Shown: positions 9,052-16,999 of the stretch, in pieces
How the letters are laid out: every line of letters starts with the position of its first letter
Numbering within the stretch: position 1 is the first letter of the stretch
NCBI GenBank assembly: GCA_963760615.1
Contig: CAVXDX010000005.1
Location: forward strand, 10,473 to 42,472
DNA length: 32,000 nt
Origin: an uncultured Candidatus Micrarchaeota archaeon
GTDB lineage: Archaea; Micrarchaeota; Micrarchaeia; Burarchaeales; Fermentimicrarchaeaceae
Direction: 5' to 3'
Notes under the pieces: generated by a model
What the model saw: only the letters and a program-made list of their open reading frames with translations
Database searches by the model: none
What the model was told of the DNA's origin: nothing
Program-made: the position numbers and the translations under genes

Positions 9052-9993
9052 TTACAGCTTGGGCAGTCTTTTTGAGAGGGAGTCAAGTTCATCCACAACT
9101 TTATTCGGAGTATACGCCTTGAGCTCCTCAACAAGCTTCTTGTCAGACAGCATTTCCACTTCAAGTGGGATTGCGACCCCGTCAACTGTTTTATAATCGC
9201 TCATGTGAAGGGAGAATGGCGCGCGGGCAAGCTTTCCTGAGGGCGTCTGCGATGGGTCTACTGTTATCATTCCCTTTGCTTTCTCATGGCTTGCAGTCAC
9301 CTTCAGCCCAATTTTCTTCAGCTCCTCAACCCACCTCTCTGCCGTTGTGTCAAGCCTTCCTTTTGTGCTTACCTGGAAGTTCTCCTCGTAGAAAGAGGGA
9401 GGCATCTTTTTCTTGAGGAACAGCAAAACATGGAAGGAGCTCCCAGTCCATAGCAGGAATGGCTCTGAACAATTCAGCCTCTTCAGGTCATCTTTCATAG
9501 CATTCACAAATTCCTCTGCAACTTGCTGTGCGTATTCAGATGTAACCCCCTCACCCCTGTCCAAATCAAAGAAGATTCTGTCAATCGGCTTGCCCTCCCC
9601 TTCATTGTTGGTTGCATAAAACAAGTCTGAGAGCTTTCTGGGTACAAAATATCGCCACACCTTCTCCTGCGAGTGGGTGAGCTTGCTCCTTGCCTCATCC
9701 AGGTGCATCTTCCTCAATGACAGGAATTCAGGAGTGATTGCCTCAACAAACTCTTCAATATAGGTTGGCTCCTCCTTTGAGCCCCTTTTCAAGACCTTTG
9801 GCAAGCCCCCCCTGGGAGGGAACCAGTTTTTGGCTGCAAGCTCCCTTCCCTTCAGGTAACTGGTAAGCTTGCTCCCGACAATCCCGTAGTAGAGTAGCAC
9901 CTCAGTCTCCCCAAATGGCCTGATGACATCCTTCCCTTTCGCAATTTCAATAAGATTCACTTCATCATCCTGCCCATCCTGCACCGTATGCAT
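9052..9993 (-). CDS. Archaeo-eukaryotic primase (AEP) superfamily protein resembling the LigD polymerase domain (PolDom / Prim-Pol)
   Basis: 313 aa. Motif I is RIFFDLDRGEGV (compare LigD PolDom vFDLDPGEGV). Motif II is WTGSSFHVLLF (SG..G.H type). Motif III is VDPSQTPSGKLARAPFSLH (D..qN....t.apYSlR type). The N-terminal YYG...L.GREL segment is as in PolDom. Confidence 0.8.
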   Translation of the reverse strand: MHTVQDGQDDEVNLIEIAKGKDVIRPFGETEVLLYYGIVGSKLTSYLKGRELAAKNWFPPRGGLPKVLKRGSKEEPTYIEEFVEAITPEFLSLRKMHLDEARSKLTHSQEKVWRYFVPRKLSDLFYATNNEGEGKPIDRIFFDLDRGEGVTSEYAQQVAEEFVNAMKDDLKRLNCSEPFLLWTGSSFHVLLFLKKKMPPSFYEENFQVSTKGRLDTTAERWVEELKKIGLKVTASHEKAKGMITVDPSQTPSGKLARAPFSLHMSDYKTVDGVAIPLEVEMLSDKKLVEELKAYTPNKVVDELDSLSKRLPKL

Positions 9994-10100
9994 GTGCCGC
10001 TGGCCGGGTCATAGCATGCAGGCCCCACAAAAGCCCCGCACAGCTTGCAGGTGAAGCTTGCAAGCTCCCTGCCGCATACAACGCAGATGCCTTTCCTCAT
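9957..10100 (-). CDS. Small zinc-ribbon protein (47 aa) overlapping the 5' end of the AEP gene
   Basis: My own translation: MRKGICVVCGRELASFTCKLCGAFVGPACYDPASGTCIRCRMGRMMK*. It contains three CxxC pairs. It is below the length cut-off of the ORF track. It overlaps the AEP ATG (9993) by 37 nt in another frame. Confidence 0.45.
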   Translation of the reverse strand: MRKGICVVCGRELASFTCKLCGAFVGPACYDPASGTCIRCRMGRMMK

Positions 10101-10101
10101 G

Positions 10102-10135
10102 TTAATTAATTTATATCGAGTTCCTTAAATATATT
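10102..10135. promoter_or_regulatory. 35-nt AT-rich divergent promoter spacer with two TATA-like elements
   Basis: ttaattaatttatat lies 20-34 nt upstream of GTG 10136. ccttaaatatatt lies 23-35 nt upstream of ATG 10100 on the minus strand. Confidence 0.3.
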
Positions 10136-10798
10136 GTGAAAAGAGAGGAGAAAATAGGGAGGGTAATCCAGCTTCTTAAGAAAGAATACGGCGAGCACAG
10201 CTACAGAGAGAGGGGAGATCCTCTGGACGTGCTGGTTGAGACGATACTATCCCAGAATACTTCGGACAAGAATTCCTCAAGGGCATTCTCCAACCTCAAG
10301 AAAAAATATCCAAACTGGGAGCTCGTGATGAAGGCAGACTCCAGAGCCATACAGAAAGTAATACACTCCGGAGGGCTTCCAGGAATAAAGGCGAGGAGGG
10401 TAAAGCATGCGCTTGTAGAAATAAATAGAAGGAGAGGAAAGCTGACGCTTGATTTCCTTAGGGAGATGCCTCCTGAGGAAGCAATGAGATTCCTTCGCTC
10501 AATAAAGGGAATAGGGCCAAAGACTGCTGCAGTGCTACTCATCTTCCGCTTCAACAAGCCCATAATGCCTTTAGACACTCACAACCTACGAGTTGCAAAG
10601 AGGCTTGGCATCATCCCGCAGAAGATGAGTTCTGAGAAGGCGCATGAGCTGATGAACAGACTTGTCCCAAACAAGGAGAAGAAAAGCCTGCACATAAACT
10701 TCATACTTCATGGAAGGACCGTATGCACTGCACAGAGACCAAAGCACGAGGAGTGCATCCTGAGAGGGCTGTGCAACTACTACAGGAATTTACAGTAG
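10136..10798 (+). CDS. nth: Endonuclease III-like HhH-GPD DNA glycosylase/AP lyase
   Basis: 220 aa. The HhH-GPD region IKGIGPKTAAVLL retains the catalytic Lys equivalent, and LDTH retains the catalytic Asp equivalent. The C-terminal cluster motif reads C-X6-H-X2-C-X5-C (CTAQRPKHEECILRGLC). The start codon is GTG. Confidence 0.85.
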   Translation: MKREEKIGRVIQLLKKEYGEHSYRERGDPLDVLVETILSQNTSDKNSSRAFSNLKKKYPNWELVMKADSRAIQKVIHSGGLPGIKARRVKHALVEINRRRGKLTLDFLREMPPEEAMRFLRSIKGIGPKTAAVLLIFRFNKPIMPLDTHNLRVAKRLGIIPQKMSSEKAHELMNRLVPNKEKKSLHINFILHGRTVCTAQRPKHEECILRGLCNYYRNLQ

Positions 10799-11203
10799 TG
10801 CTTCCTGCAGCTTTTTCTGAAGCTCGGCATCGTTCATAGTCCTCTTTTTTTTCAGCTTCTCCAACTCATTAATTGCGTTTCCAACAGCTTCTCCATACTT
10901 TCCTGCATATTCCTCTGCCGTGGACTCCGGAAATCTAGATACTTTTGGATTCTCTTTATCCACTTCTTTAATAAGAAGATTCTTTGCTGCCATCTCCCTA
11001 ACCACTCCAAGCTCTTTCTTAAGTTCAGGGTTTTTATCCTTCAAATCGGCAATGAGGCGCGCTGCGGCATCCATTATGTCCTTATCCTTCTTGCCTGTAA
11101 GCGTCTCTATATCCTTCTCTATCCTCCCTCTTCGAACGCCCTCTCGGAAAATCGGGTCCTGAAGAAATGGATTCAGCAGGGGATTCTGAATTTCTACAGC
11201 CAT
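10790..11203 (-). CDS. Hypothetical protein (137 aa), K/E-rich and predicted helical
   Basis: An ORF of proteome-like composition that fills the space between neighbouring genes. No recognisable motif. Confidence 0.55.
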   Translation of the reverse strand: MAVEIQNPLLNPFLQDPIFREGVRRGRIEKDIETLTGKKDKDIMDAAARLIADLKDKNPELKKELGVVREMAAKNLLIKEVDKENPKVSRFPESTAEEYAGKYGEAVGNAINELEKLKKKRTMNDAELQKKLQEALL

Positions 11204-11276
11204 ATGCTCACCGCGCTAATTACTCAATCAAAGTTTATATATTCACTGGAAAGTTACCCCTCCACAAGCTTTATAA

Positions 11277-11579
11277 ATGAAACAAGCCCCTCTCTACTCG
11301 GCGACCGATATGCCCATAGAGGAAGAAATCGTTCATTGGTGGAAGGATGAGAAAGGGGAGAACCACAGGAATGCTCTGAGGTTGGAGAGCGAGGTGCCCC
11401 AGCTTGTGAACGGGTTCCCGAGAGATGGAATCATAACAGTGAGAATAATGAACTCCGCAAGCTCCCAGGCAATAAAGCTCTCTCCGGATGAAGCGTTGAG
11501 AGTCAGTACGCAACTTCTCACAGTTGCGAAAGAGCTGCTCAACCATAAAAGGGCTCTGTGGCAGAAGTTTGAGGAATAG
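11277..11579 (+). CDS. Hypothetical small protein (100 aa; possibly starts at Met12, nt 11310)
   Basis: Its protein-like composition is better than that of the antisense 115-aa ORF. tttataaa overlaps ATG 11277, so the internal ATG 11310 (MPIEEEIVHWW...) may be the true start. Confidence 0.5.
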   Translation: MKQAPLYSATDMPIEEEIVHWWKDEKGENHRNALRLESEVPQLVNGFPRDGIITVRIMNSASSQAIKLSPDEALRVSTQLLTVAKELLNHKRALWQKFEE

Positions 11580-12141
11580 TTGCAGCTCCCTCGCTTTCAA
11601 GCTCCTCCAGGAACTCAAGCATGAACCTATGTCTCTCCTCAGCCATCTTCCTTCCGCTCGCAGTGTTCATGGCATCTTTAAGCTTCAGAAGTTTTTCATC
11701 GAAGTGTTTTATCGCTTCCTTCAGAACTTTTCTGTGCTCCCCACTCCATAGAAAACAGCGTGCGATGCCAACTGCCCCGATTGCATCCAGTCTGTCAGCA
11801 TCCTGTAACACCTGCGCTTCAATGCTCATTGCTTTCTCCCCTTTGCTGAACCTATGCTCCCCTATACACCCCAGAACCTTTTCCTTTTTCTCTTTTGGAA
11901 AATCAGTCATGTCAAGCAGGCTCCTTGCAACTTCGATGCTCTTGCCCTCATGCTCCTTCTCATCCAAGGAGTACCCGACATCATGGAGGAGTGCAGCTGC
12001 CTTCACGACATCCTCATCAGCATGCTCCTCCCTTGCAAGACGGATTGAGATTGAGCAGACCCTTTTTGCATGCTCAAAGTCATGCGTTGGGTCCTTCATG
12101 AGTTCGCTCGCAATCTTCTCAAATGTCTCCTGCCATCCCAT
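11539..12141 (-). CDS. HD-domain metal-dependent phosphohydrolase
   Basis: 200 aa. It has H...HD (FEHAKRV ... ALLHDVGY) and a downstream D (LQDADRLDAIGA), typical of the HD superfamily. Confidence 0.85.
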   Translation of the reverse strand: MGWQETFEKIASELMKDPTHDFEHAKRVCSISIRLAREEHADEDVVKAAALLHDVGYSLDEKEHEGKSIEVARSLLDMTDFPKEKKEKVLGCIGEHRFSKGEKAMSIEAQVLQDADRLDAIGAVGIARCFLWSGEHRKVLKEAIKHFDEKLLKLKDAMNTASGRKMAEERHRFMLEFLEELESEGAATIPQTSATEPFYG

Positions 12142-12182
12142 TTTTTACCTCAAACATTATAAAGTCTCGATAATTTATAATA

Positions 12183-13109
12183 TTGGTGGTATTTGTGAAA
12201 AATTTTCCCAAAATCTGGATGAATGGCAGGTTCGTTAAGTTTGAGGATGCAAAAATCCATGTGCTCACACACTCCCTGCACTATGGGAATGCAATTTTTG
12301 AGGGGCTGAGGTGCTACGAAACTGAAAAGGGGCCTGCAGTCTTCAGACTGAGGGAGCACCTCAACAGACTTTTCAACAGCGCAAAAACATACTGCATGAA
12401 AATTCCCTATTCAAAGGAGGAGCTGAGAGAGGCAACAATAAGCTTATTGAAAGTCAACAATGCGAAGGAGTGCTACATCAGGCCTATCGTCTTCTATGGA
12501 CCTGAGCATATTGGACTTGAAACAGAGGGCTTGAAAGTGAATGTGGCTCTAATTGCAATTCCCTGGGGGCACTACTTCGGGGAGAAATGCGAGAAGGGCG
12601 TCAGGGCAAAAATATCCTCCTGGTGCAGGATAAACCCAATGATAGTTCCACCCCAGGCCAAGTCCGCAGGCAATTATATCAATTCCCTGCTTGCGAAGAT
12701 GGAAGTAACAAACTCAGGCTACGATGAGGCAATAATGCAAAACATGAGCGGCTATATAGCAGAAGGGTCTGGAGAAAACATATTCATAGTGAGGCAGAGC
12801 AAGCTCATCACACCCCCCGTGCATGCGGGCATTCTCATAGGTGTGACAAGGGACTCCATAATGAGAATTGGAAAGGATATGGAAATTGAGACGATAATAC
12901 GGGACATACCAAGGGAAGAACTCTACATCGCAGATGAGGCTTTCTTCACTGGTACGGCTGCTGAGGTTACACCGATAATTGAGGTGGATGACCGGGTTAT
13001 AGGAAATGGAAGGAGAGGTCCAATAACAGAGAAGCTGCAGGAAAAATTCTTCGGGATACTCAGAGGAAATGACGAGAGATATTACGACTGGTTGGAGTTT
13101 GTAGAATAG
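12183..13109 (+). CDS. ilvE: Branched-chain amino acid aminotransferase (fold-type IV PLP enzyme)
   Basis: KIWMNGRFVKFEDAKIHVLTHSLHYGNAIFEGLRCY closely parallels the IlvE N-terminus. EGSGENIF and GITRDS-like (GVTRDS) motifs are present. The start is ambiguous: TTG 12183, GTG 12186 or GTG 12195. Confidence 0.9.
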   Translation: MVVFVKNFPKIWMNGRFVKFEDAKIHVLTHSLHYGNAIFEGLRCYETEKGPAVFRLREHLNRLFNSAKTYCMKIPYSKEELREATISLLKVNNAKECYIRPIVFYGPEHIGLETEGLKVNVALIAIPWGHYFGEKCEKGVRAKISSWCRINPMIVPPQAKSAGNYINSLLAKMEVTNSGYDEAIMQNMSGYIAEGSGENIFIVRQSKLITPPVHAGILIGVTRDSIMRIGKDMEIETIIRDIPREELYIADEAFFTGTAAEVTPIIEVDDRVIGNGRRGPITEKLQEKFFGILRGNDERYYDWLEFVE

Positions 13110-13173
13110 TACTCTGCTTTGTGCCTAGCTCACTCACAAGCCTTCTTCAAAAATCCTACCTTTGGGTTGTAAA

Positions 13174-13518
13174 TTAAAGCAGTTTCAGATCCTTGGTGAA
13201 TCTATCAACCTCCTCATCCTTCCACGGGCCTACAACAAGGCAGGTGACAGTTCCAGGGGGAATCTGGGTGAAGCCGGCATCCTTTATTATCACGCAGGGA
13301 ATCTCCTTCTTCATCTTTTCATAAAGCTCGAAAAGCTCCCTCTCGCTTTCAACTTTCACAACTATCTTCTTCTCCCCCTCCCCCTCCCACTCCTCAACAA
13401 ACTCAGGCTTCCTCTCCTTGACCAGCTTGTATCCTGCAAGTGAGGCATGGGAGACGTGTGCAGCAAGCTTACCCTTCCCAAGCTTCAAATCGCTCCTTAC
13501 AACTATGACCTGTTTCAT
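13174..13518 (-). CDS. pth2: Peptidyl-tRNA hydrolase, archaeal/eukaryotic PTH2 type
   Basis: 114 aa. MKQVIVVRSDLKLGKGKLAAHVSHAS ... DAGFTQIPPGTVTCLVVGP is the PTH2 signature. Confidence 0.9.
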   Translation of the reverse strand: MKQVIVVRSDLKLGKGKLAAHVSHASLAGYKLVKERKPEFVEEWEGEGEKKIVVKVESERELFELYEKMKKEIPCVIIKDAGFTQIPPGTVTCLVVGPWKDEEVDRFTKDLKLL

Positions 13519-13528
13519 TCCAATCTGC

Positions 13529-13536
13529 TTTATAAA
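13529..13536 (+). promoter_or_regulatory. TATA-like box for the nurA operon (probably leaderless)
   Basis: tttataaa is centred about 28 nt upstream of ATG 13560. Confidence 0.35.
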
Positions 13537-13559
13537 TTCAGTGCGGAATTAATTAAACT

Positions 13560-14612
13560 ATGCATGAGAGCCTTACAGAGCTTATAGACCGGATAAAATT
13601 GCTTGAGGAGAAGAGGGCTGAGCTTGCCAAGAAGCTCCGAGAAGAGGAAAAGGAGTTCTACCCAGAAGCTCTTGAGAAGAATCTTGTCCACAAGGTTGAG
13701 CCTGTTGAGCTTAACTGCAAGGTTGCTGCCGTTGACGGAGGACTTGCCGCGCAGGAATTTCATGGATTTGATTTGGTGCTCACCAGAGCCCTCTCAGTTA
13801 TATTCGAATACAAGAACTCAAAGAGAGTATCACACATATACTACCCATCAAGAATACCCGAAGCTGAAACTGATGCCTTGACTTCTCTGGACTCCCATGA
13901 ATTCACTTGGCACAAATCCCTCACAAGGCTCAGGAGGGAGATAGCAGTTGCTTCCGAAACGGTTGAAAAATACGCTCCTTACTGTATTCTGCTTGATGGT
14001 TCCATTGTGCCTCAGATTTCAGACAAGCCATCAGAGGATTCTCCAGTGAGGCCGCTCTACAACCAGCTGCTTGAAGGCTATGACAGATTGTACTCGCTCT
14101 GCGAGGAGAAGGAATGCCAGCTCATTGGAGTGATAAAGGATAGCAGGGGCAAAAGGTTCATAGAGATTCTTGAGAAGACGCTGCCAGATGAAGAGAAAAA
14201 GGTGCTGGCAACATCCCACGACACTTCCTTCCTGCACTTCCTCCTTAACGAGGGCGAGAGGACGTTCGAATTCCACTACTCCAGCGCCGAGAGGGAGCAT
14301 CAGGTCCTGAAAGACTTGGGAGTATGGAGTGCCAAGATGAATGCATTATACCTCAAGCCCGTGAAGGATGACAGGCCTCTGAGGGTTGAATTCCTAAAAA
14401 CCAAGAAGAACGCTAGCGAGGTAGCATCATTAATATACTCCCTCAGCACAATAAACCAGAAATATGCATACCCCGCCATACTGATTGAGGCGGATATGAG
14501 AGCGGCTATGGACAGGACGGAGATAGACAGGACGTGCAGGAACCTGCTGCTGAGAGCAGGCAGGAGGGTTTCCTTCCTCCCGCTGAGGAGGGATAGCAGG
14601 CCTTTCAGATGA
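13560..14612 (+). CDS. nurA: NurA-family 5'-3' nuclease
   Basis: 350 aa. NurA-type motifs are VAAVDGG, ILLDGSIVPQ, IGVIKDSRG and YAYPAILIEADMRA. herA lies in the same operon. Confidence 0.8.
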   Translation: MHESLTELIDRIKLLEEKRAELAKKLREEEKEFYPEALEKNLVHKVEPVELNCKVAAVDGGLAAQEFHGFDLVLTRALSVIFEYKNSKRVSHIYYPSRIPEAETDALTSLDSHEFTWHKSLTRLRREIAVASETVEKYAPYCILLDGSIVPQISDKPSEDSPVRPLYNQLLEGYDRLYSLCEEKECQLIGVIKDSRGKRFIEILEKTLPDEEKKVLATSHDTSFLHFLLNEGERTFEFHYSSAEREHQVLKDLGVWSAKMNALYLKPVKDDRPLRVEFLKTKKNASEVASLIYSLSTINQKYAYPAILIEADMRAAMDRTEIDRTCRNLLLRAGRRVSFLPLRRDSRPFR

Positions 14613-14616
14613 TTGC

Positions 14617-15459
14617 ATGAAATGCTCCAACCATCCCGACAAGGAGGCTTCTGCCATATGCGAGAGGTGCAACCTTCTCTACTGCGGCAACTGCGTGCTC
14701 TCTTCGAATGGCAAGTGCCCCAAATGCGGCAATACCCTTCGCTCACCGCAGAGCGTGATGTCATACGAGATTTCCCAAAGCGAGTTATACAAGGGTGGAG
14801 GGCAACCGCATCTTATGAATGCAATAAACTCGCTCTACATGGAACCGCAAAGGGCGATGAGGAGGCTTAGGGAATACCCCTCCCTTCTCACTGGCGTTAT
14901 CAATGTCACCATACTATACCTTATTGTAACCATTCTGATAATTGCGGTTTTGCTTGCACTTGTGCTGGTGCCGACGCCATCCGGCGTTGGCGTTGACATG
15001 ATGGCCACCCTGCTCGACGTAAAAACCATCTTCAGGTTTTTCATTGGGGTTATGCTCTACTACGGTTTCACAATCTTTGGATGGCTCTTTTCATCCTTCA
15101 TATACTGGGTACCTGCCAAGCTGCTTGGCGGGAAGGGGGAGTTTGTGCAGCAGGCTTCCGTATTCTCCTACATGATGCTTGCTCTCTTCCCTCTTTGGCT
15201 TTTCTCCTCGGTTCTAGCAGCCATACCCATTTTCGGTGTCTTCATAGCAATTGCAGCAATCCTCGTAGTTTTCTTCTATTCAATGTACCTCATTTTCCTG
15301 AGCATTCTAGAAATTCACGAGTTCGGCACATTCAAAGCAATAGCATCCCTCCTTATCTCCATTGCCATATTCCTCTTGCTGGGTCTGTTGCTCTTGACGA
15401 TTCTGTTGGTCATTTTTGCAATGCCTTTTATCGGAAATTTACCCCTTCCTCACATTTAA
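14617..15459 (+). CDS. Membrane protein with an N-terminal B-box-like zinc finger and a Yip1-type multi-pass membrane domain
   Basis: 280 aa. The N-terminus CSNHPDKEASAICERCNLLYCGNCVLSSNGKCPKCG has C/H ligands in CxxH/CxxC spacing. About five hydrophobic helices follow. The ATG lies 4 nt after the nurA stop. Confidence 0.75.
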   Translation: MKCSNHPDKEASAICERCNLLYCGNCVLSSNGKCPKCGNTLRSPQSVMSYEISQSELYKGGGQPHLMNAINSLYMEPQRAMRRLREYPSLLTGVINVTILYLIVTILIIAVLLALVLVPTPSGVGVDMMATLLDVKTIFRFFIGVMLYYGFTIFGWLFSSFIYWVPAKLLGGKGEFVQQASVFSYMMLALFPLWLFSSVLAAIPIFGVFIAIAAILVVFFYSMYLIFLSILEIHEFGTFKAIASLLISIAIFLLLGLLLLTILLVIFAMPFIGNLPLPHI

Positions 15460-15484
15460 ATAGACTTATGGCTAAAGTGATTTG

Positions 15485-16990
15485 ATGGAGCTCGGGACAG
15501 TCATCTCAACAATGGAAGGTCCCTCGACGACTGAATTCTCATTTGTTGTGAGCAACAACAAGGTGAGGAAAGGGCATTACGTCCAATCCGAGACAGAGGA
15601 AGGGCTGCTCATTGGCTTCATAACGGATATAACCAGGGCGAACAGGTATTTTGAGAGAGCTGAGAGTGTAGCCGAGTATGAAAGGGGCGGGGAGTCCCTC
15701 TCAAAGAATTTTCCCACAACGGACTGGGAGTACATAATAGCGAACGTGAGGGCGCTTGGTGTTTACAAGGATGGTGTGCTGCTTCGCAGCACCTTTCCAG
15801 CAGCGCCAGGCTCTAAGGTGAGGCTGGCAGATGAAAACCTGCTCAACGGCATACTGGGGTTTGATGAAAACGGCTTGAAGCTCGGGGAGGTTGAGAACCA
15901 CAGGCTGGAGGTGAGGCTTAACCTCAATAGGCTCCTGCAGAAGCACTTCGCAATACTGGCAATGAGCGGTGCGGGAAAATCCTATCTTGCCAGCGTTCTC
16001 ATAGAGGAGCTGCTCGAGAGAAAGCCGGAACAGGGCAGGGTTGCTGTCGTCATGCTTGACGTCCATGGTGAGTACTCAGGCTTCAAAAGCTCTCCTGAAT
16101 ACGGTGCGAAGACGACTGTCTTCGAGGGAGGGAAGATACGCATAGGACTCAACAAAATTTCACCGCAGATACTCGGCGAGTTCCTGCCGCAACTCAGCCC
16201 AGCCCAGAAGAGGGATATAGACAATGTGCTCATCGGGCTTAGGCAGGAGAAGAAGAGCAAGGGAGAGCTTTTTGATTTGCAGGATTTGATGGAGAAGGTG
16301 GAGAAAAGCAACATGAAGGAGAACAGCAAGGCACCTCTGCTTGCCACACTTGCCTCCCTAAAATCACTGAGGATATTCTCAAAGAGCGACAACCCCAGCG
16401 TGCATGAGCTCGCACAGCCAGGTAGACTCTCCGTGATTGATTTGAGCAACATAGACAACATGAGGAAGAAGCAGCTCATCGTTGCATACTTTGCAAGGAA
16501 ACTTTTCACCGCAAGGAAAAAGGAAAGAATACCGCCTTTCATCCTGCTGATTGAGGAATCCCACAATTTTGCGAAGGAGAAGGCATCAAAGCAGGACATG
16601 CTCTCCAAGAGCATTGTGGAGAAGATAGCAAGGGAAGGCAGGAAGTTCGGTGCGTCAATAGGTTTGATAAGCCAGAGGCCGGTGCAGCTGAGCACCACTG
16701 CCCTTGCGCAGGCTAACACCCATATAATAATGAGGGTGACAAACCCCTATGATATAAAGCACATAGGGGAAGGGTGTGAGGCTCTTGATGAAAACATGCT
16801 GAAGAGCATAAGCACCCTGAGAGTTGGTGAAGCCCTCATAGTGGGGGAGGCGGTGAACTTCCCCGTATTCGCAAAAATAAGGAAGAGGAAATCAAAGAAG
16901 TCCACAAGGGGGGAGGATATAGACACGCTTGCAAGGAAATTTGAGGAGTTGGGGAAAAAGAAGAAGGAGGATGTTGAAGCGTTCATCTGA
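15485..16990 (+). CDS. herA: HerA-type hexameric DNA helicase/translocase (FtsK-HerA superfamily ATPase)
   Basis: About 501 aa. The N-terminal HAS-barrel-like segment is GTVISTMEGPSTTEFSFVV...GHYV. Walker A is MSGAGKSY, and a Walker B-like motif is FILLIEESHNF. RKFG...ISQRP and NTHIIMRVTNPYD are also present. The track ORF begins 3 nt earlier, at TTG 15482. Confidence 0.9.
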   Translation: MELGTVISTMEGPSTTEFSFVVSNNKVRKGHYVQSETEEGLLIGFITDITRANRYFERAESVAEYERGGESLSKNFPTTDWEYIIANVRALGVYKDGVLLRSTFPAAPGSKVRLADENLLNGILGFDENGLKLGEVENHRLEVRLNLNRLLQKHFAILAMSGAGKSYLASVLIEELLERKPEQGRVAVVMLDVHGEYSGFKSSPEYGAKTTVFEGGKIRIGLNKISPQILGEFLPQLSPAQKRDIDNVLIGLRQEKKSKGELFDLQDLMEKVEKSNMKENSKAPLLATLASLKSLRIFSKSDNPSVHELAQPGRLSVIDLSNIDNMRKKQLIVAYFARKLFTARKKERIPPFILLIEESHNFAKEKASKQDMLSKSIVEKIAREGRKFGASIGLISQRPVQLSTTALAQANTHIIMRVTNPYDIKHIGEGCEALDENMLKSISTLRVGEALIVGEAVNFPVFAKIRKRKSKKSTRGEDIDTLARKFEELGKKKKEDVEAFI

Positions 16991-16999
16991 GGTATTTTC

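Noticed and set aside
11271-11618. A 115-aa minus-strand ORF antisense to the 100-aa plus-strand ORF
   Set aside because: Its composition (Cys/His/Arg/Leu-rich, few Glu/Lys) is unlike the rest of the proteome. It would also overlap the HD hydrolase gene on the same strand. The plus-strand ORF is the better candidate, although neither is proven.
11621-12238. Long ORFs antisense to the HD hydrolase (205 aa), herA (15982-16719, 245 aa), gatE (25039-25689, 216 aa) and the helicase (several)
   Set aside because: Each is fully embedded antisense in a gene with strong motif support. Each has Ser/Leu/Cys-rich shadow composition and no independent promoter or RBS context.
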